A program made the translations under genes and the position numbers. DNA of 64,000 bases from an uncultured Nitrospiraceae bacterium (lineage in GTDB: Bacteria; Nitrospirota; Nitrospiria; Nitrospirales; Nitrospiraceae). Of this stretch, positions 60,433 to 64,000 are shown in pieces. Under the pieces are notes generated by a model that was not told where the DNA came from, searched no databases, and saw only the letters and a list, made by a program, of their open reading frames with translations. Every line of letters begins with the position of its first letter. Within the stretch, counting starts at the first letter, position 1. The DNA is taken from positions 224,001-288,000 of the forward strand of contig CAVSTP010000004.1 of the NCBI GenBank assembly GCA_963730935.1, read 5' to 3'.

Positions 60433-61758
60433 GTGTTTCGGCAAGATAGGCGATCGGGCTATTCGACTTCGTTACTTGCCGGTCTGCTGCTCGTTTTATC
60501 GACTCAAGCCTGGTCCGCCACACCATCCGCCGCGCCCCCTGTTCCTTTGGCCGCTGAGCAGCGCACGTCAGGCTCCACGCGACTCAGCCTGACCGACGCC
60601 TTGGCCCTGTTTCTGCAGCAGAATCTCGACGTCCTCATCGCCAAATACGGCATCGAATACAGCAAGGGACAACAAATCACTGCGAGGCTGTTTCCCAATC
60701 CGGTCGCGTCGATCGGTACGCTGAGTTCCTATACTCAAGGCCGGACTCTGTCTACCGGCGGACAACTCTTCTTTCAAGCCCAACAGCTGTTTGAACTGGC
60801 CGGCAAGCGCGGATACCGAATCGAAAGCGCGGGATTCGGGGCGCAGTCCGCTGAAGCGGCGTTCGAGGATGCCGTTCGTCAACTGGGGTTTACCGTCAAG
60901 GACAGTTATTACCGGGTGCAGTTGGCACAGCGACGGTTGGCCCTGGCCGAAGAGAACCGCGACCGGTTCTCACGGATTCTCGACATCAATACGATCCGCT
61001 TCAAAAAGGGGTATATCGCCGAAGTCGACCTCATCCGGATCCGTCTGCAAATGGTCGATTTCCACTCGATGGTCATTCAATCTCTGCAGGAAGCGGAATC
61101 GGCCCGCGGGGACCTGCGGCAACTGCTCCGCCTCTCGCCGGCGACCACGCTGGAACTGACCACGGATTTGGAGTTCAGGCGCATCGATCCCGAGATTGGC
61201 AAATTGCGGTTAGTTGCGGTGGATGTTCGGCCGGATGTGCGGTCTAAACGGTTCACGTTCTCGCAGCGGGAAGCTGATCTACGGCTGGCCCAAGCCTATC
61301 GGGTGCCGGACGTCACCGTCGGCGCCGGGTACGCCATCCAAGGGTCATTAGGACCGGATAATCCCCAACAATGGGCGCTCAATTTCGGTCTGCCGGTTCC
61401 GCTCTTCAACCGCAATCAGGGCGGGATCAGGCAGGCCGAGGTTGCCGTGCAGACGGCCGAAGCGGACTTGAATAAGGTCCTCAATGTGGTTGAGAATGAA
61501 GTGGAAGTCGCCTACCGGAATCTCATGCACAGCCGGCGGTTGGTGGAAGCCTACGTAGGCGGAGTGCTGGACGATGCGCGCGCCACCTTCACCATCGTCG
61601 AACGAGCGTATGAACGGGGAGGGGCCACCATCCTCGATCTGCTCGACGCCGCTCGAACCTCGCGCACGATTCAGCAGAACTACATCGAAGCCCTGTTCAA
61701 CTACCAGCGGAATGTGCTGCAACTGGAATCGGCGGTCGGCCAAGAGATTGCCTCATGA
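60433..61758 (+). CDS. TolC/CzcC-family outer-membrane efflux protein
   Basis: Signal peptide; FPNP, FELAGKR, PLFNRNQG and LDLLDA. Confidence 0.9.
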   Translation: MFRQDRRSGYSTSLLAGLLLVLSTQAWSATPSAAPPVPLAAEQRTSGSTRLSLTDALALFLQQNLDVLIAKYGIEYSKGQQITARLFPNPVASIGTLSSYTQGRTLSTGGQLFFQAQQLFELAGKRGYRIESAGFGAQSAEAAFEDAVRQLGFTVKDSYYRVQLAQRRLALAEENRDRFSRILDINTIRFKKGYIAEVDLIRIRLQMVDFHSMVIQSLQEAESARGDLRQLLRLSPATTLELTTDLEFRRIDPEIGKLRLVAVDVRPDVRSKRFTFSQREADLRLAQAYRVPDVTVGAGYAIQGSLGPDNPQQWALNFGLPVPLFNRNQGGIRQAEVAVQTAEADLNKVLNVVENEVEVAYRNLMHSRRLVEAYVGGVLDDARATFTIVERAYERGGATILDLLDAARTSRTIQQNYIEALFNYQRNVLQLESAVGQEIAS

Positions 61759-62915
61759 TGACATCTGCTAACAGAAGCTTTTTCTCTGTTGTGGCCCTGT
61801 CGTTGCTGTGCCTCACCGCCTGCGGGAAGGGAGACCAACCGGCCAACTCGGATGCCGCCACACCTCCGCACGGGAAGACCCGCGTCCTTCCTCACGACGC
61901 CGTGCCTCGCGTCGAAACCGGCGTCGTGGACTACGGCGGCATGCAGCAGGATCTCAGTTTGGCCGGCAAGATGGCCTACGGCGAAGACCGTTACTCCAAG
62001 ATCTCCTCTCCGTTGCAAGGACGTGTCGTCGAGGTCCGGGCGCATCTGGGCGACCGGGTCAAGGCCGGAGCGGTCCTGCTAGTCGTCGATAGCCCGGATA
62101 TCGCGCAAGCCTATTCAGAGTACGTCAAGGAAGACTCGGACTTGCAGTACGCCACCCGCTCCCACGAACTGGCGAAAGATCTGTACTCCAACAAGGCCCT
62201 GCCGCTCAAAGACCTCAAGCAGGCGGAGAATGAATTGGTAAAGGCCAGGGCGGAGTTCCGGCGGGCCAAGGAACGGCTGTTGTCCTTGCGTGTACCTGCC
62301 GAAGAGTTGAACAAACCTGTTGATAAGCAGCAGATCACCTCTCGTTTTGAGATGAAGAGTCCGCTGACGGGCATCGTGGTCGAGCGTATGGTGACGCCGG
62401 GACAGTCAGTCGGTGGCGACGCCAACCAAGTCCTCTTTACGGTGGCGGATCTCGATATGCTGCAAGTCGTCGCCGACGTCTACGAGCGGGATCTGGCGTT
62501 GGTGAAGGAAGGGCAGTTCGCGAAGGTCAAAGTTGAGGCCTATCCCGAGGTTGATTTTCCCGCGACCGTGGCCTCGGTGGGCGATGTCGTCGATCCGGCC
62601 AGCCGGACGATCAAACTGCGGGCCTGGGTAAACAATCAGGACCATCGCTTGAAGCCCGAAATGTTTGCCCGCCTGCATATTCAGGTGGGCGATGCGACGA
62701 AGATCCTCGTCGTCCCAAAGGAGGCGGTGTTGGAATCCGACGGCAAACAATTCGTGTTCGTCGTCGAAGAGCCCAACCACTACGTCAGGCACGAGGTCAA
62801 AGTTTCCAATTTCACCACCGACCAAATGCGCGTGCTTGAAGGGCTGACGCCGGGCCAACGAATCGTGACCAAAGGCGCAGTGTTGATCAAAGGCCAAGAA
62901 GTCAAAGGCGGCTGA
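61755..62915 (+). CDS. RND efflux membrane-fusion protein (CzcB/CusB-like)
   Basis: Lipobox LTAC; SPLQGRV, LFTVADL and LKPEMF. Confidence 0.92.
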   Translation: MMTSANRSFFSVVALSLLCLTACGKGDQPANSDAATPPHGKTRVLPHDAVPRVETGVVDYGGMQQDLSLAGKMAYGEDRYSKISSPLQGRVVEVRAHLGDRVKAGAVLLVVDSPDIAQAYSEYVKEDSDLQYATRSHELAKDLYSNKALPLKDLKQAENELVKARAEFRRAKERLLSLRVPAEELNKPVDKQQITSRFEMKSPLTGIVVERMVTPGQSVGGDANQVLFTVADLDMLQVVADVYERDLALVKEGQFAKVKVEAYPEVDFPATVASVGDVVDPASRTIKLRAWVNNQDHRLKPEMFARLHIQVGDATKILVVPKEAVLESDGKQFVFVVEEPNHYVRHEVKVSNFTTDQMRVLEGLTPGQRIVTKGAVLIKGQEVKGG

Positions 62916-62964
62916 ACGGGTGCACCTTCCTGTTTCCCCAGATTCCCCGGGTTCACTGATATAG

Positions 62965-64000
62965 ATGATCGCCCGTCTCGTCGAGATATCCCTCGTCCAG
63001 CGCATCCTGTTCTGCGCATTGGGACTCGCGCTGTTGTTCGGTGGACTCTACTCGTTCCATCTGCTCGACATCGTCGCCTATCCGGACCCTTCTCCTCCGA
63101 TGGTCGAACTGATCACCCAGAATCCGGGGTGGTCGGCCGAAGAAATCGAACGGCAGATCACCATCCCTATGGAGGTGGCGCTGACCGGCATGCCCGGCTT
63201 GAGCGACATCCGCTCGCTCTCGATTTTCGGCCTGAGCGACATCAAGGTCTATTTCGATTTCGGCACTGACATCTTTCGCGACCGGCAGGAAGTACTCAAC
63301 CGCGTGGCGTCGGTGGACTTTCCGCCCGGTGTCCAACCATCGCTGTCCCCGTGGTGGGCGATCGCCGAGATTTACCGCTATGAGCTCACCGGAGAGCCGG
63401 GCGTCAATCTGACGGAGTTGAAAACCGTGCAGGACTGGCAGGTGCGCCGGTCGTTCCGCCGCATCCCCGGCGTGATCGACGTCACTGCGTTCGGGGGTAC
63501 GACAAAGGAATACCACGTCGACATCGATCCCGGTCGGTTGATCAGCTACGGCGTCAATCTATCCCAGGCGATGACTGCGTTGCAAAACAGCAATGCGAAC
63601 GTCGGTGGCAATTACTTGGCTCTGGGCGCACAGAATTACAACGTGCGGGGGGTCGGCCTGATCAACGGCATTGAGGACATCGAGAACGTCATGGTCGCCC
63701 AAAAGGACGGCACGCCGATCTATGTGAAGACGTTGGGCAACGTCAACGTCGGCAGCCGCATCCGCCTCGGGAAGGTCGGCATCGATGATCGTGACGACGT
63801 CGTGGAAGGGGTCGTGCTGCTGCAGCGCGGCTACAAGGCCATGCCGGTGCTCGACAAGGTCCGGGAGAAAGTGGACGAGCTCAACACCTGGAAACTGCCG
63901 TCCGGCATCAAGATCAGGACATTTTACGACCGCACTGCGCTGATCAACACGACAGTCGAAACGGTCACCGATATCTTGCTCAGCGGGATGGTGCTCGTCT
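62965..64000 (+). CDS. CusA/CzcA-family heavy-metal RND permease (partial, runs off window)
   Basis: MIARLVEISLVQR...AYPDPSPPMVELITQNPGWSAEEIERQITIP...SIFGLS. Confidence 0.92.
   Translation, partial: MIARLVEISLVQRILFCALGLALLFGGLYSFHLLDIVAYPDPSPPMVELITQNPGWSAEEIERQITIPMEVALTGMPGLSDIRSLSIFGLSDIKVYFDFGTDIFRDRQEVLNRVASVDFPPGVQPSLSPWWAIAEIYRYELTGEPGVNLTELKTVQDWQVRRSFRRIPGVIDVTAFGGTTKEYHVDIDPGRLISYGVNLSQAMTALQNSNANVGGNYLALGAQNYNVRGVGLINGIEDIENVMVAQKDGTPIYVKTLGNVNVGSRIRLGKVGIDDRDDVVEGVVLLQRGYKAMPVLDKVREKVDELNTWKLPSGIKIRTFYDRTALINTTVETVTDILLSGMVLV

Overview
GC-rich bacterial chromosomal window. Several small conserved hypothetical families and the gene style suggest Nitrospira/Nitrospirota (inference). 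1-32.8 kb is a large stress/signalling cluster: a sigma-54 two-component system, two giant PAS/GAF hybrid NarX-type kinases, two convergent NarL-type regulators, BON proteins, CsbD, DUF1328, PepSY, two ferritin-like proteins, glgX, gluconokinase, CBS and methyltransferases. Many of its intergenic regions share an 18-bp palindrome (consensus ACTAGGG-N4-CCCTAGT). 32.8-52.9 kb is a decayed, multi-layered genomic island anchored at tRNA-Arg(ACG) (52861-52936, minus). It has a duplicated tRNA 3' end at 38326-38372, integrase remnants, 12-bp-period arm-type repeats and a tRNA-Lys-like fragment. Its cargo includes a GT4-MFS-BON-MFS-amylo-glucosidase operon, a secreted heme peroxidase and small Zn-ribbon and PilZ genes. 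53-64 kb holds an Fn3/BACON protein, an outer-membrane barrel, a Ski2/HelY-type helicase split into two genes in reversed order and coupled to a probably leaderless glgC, and the start of a CzcCBA/CusCBA-type efflux operon. All calls come from reading the sequence by eye; no database searches were run.
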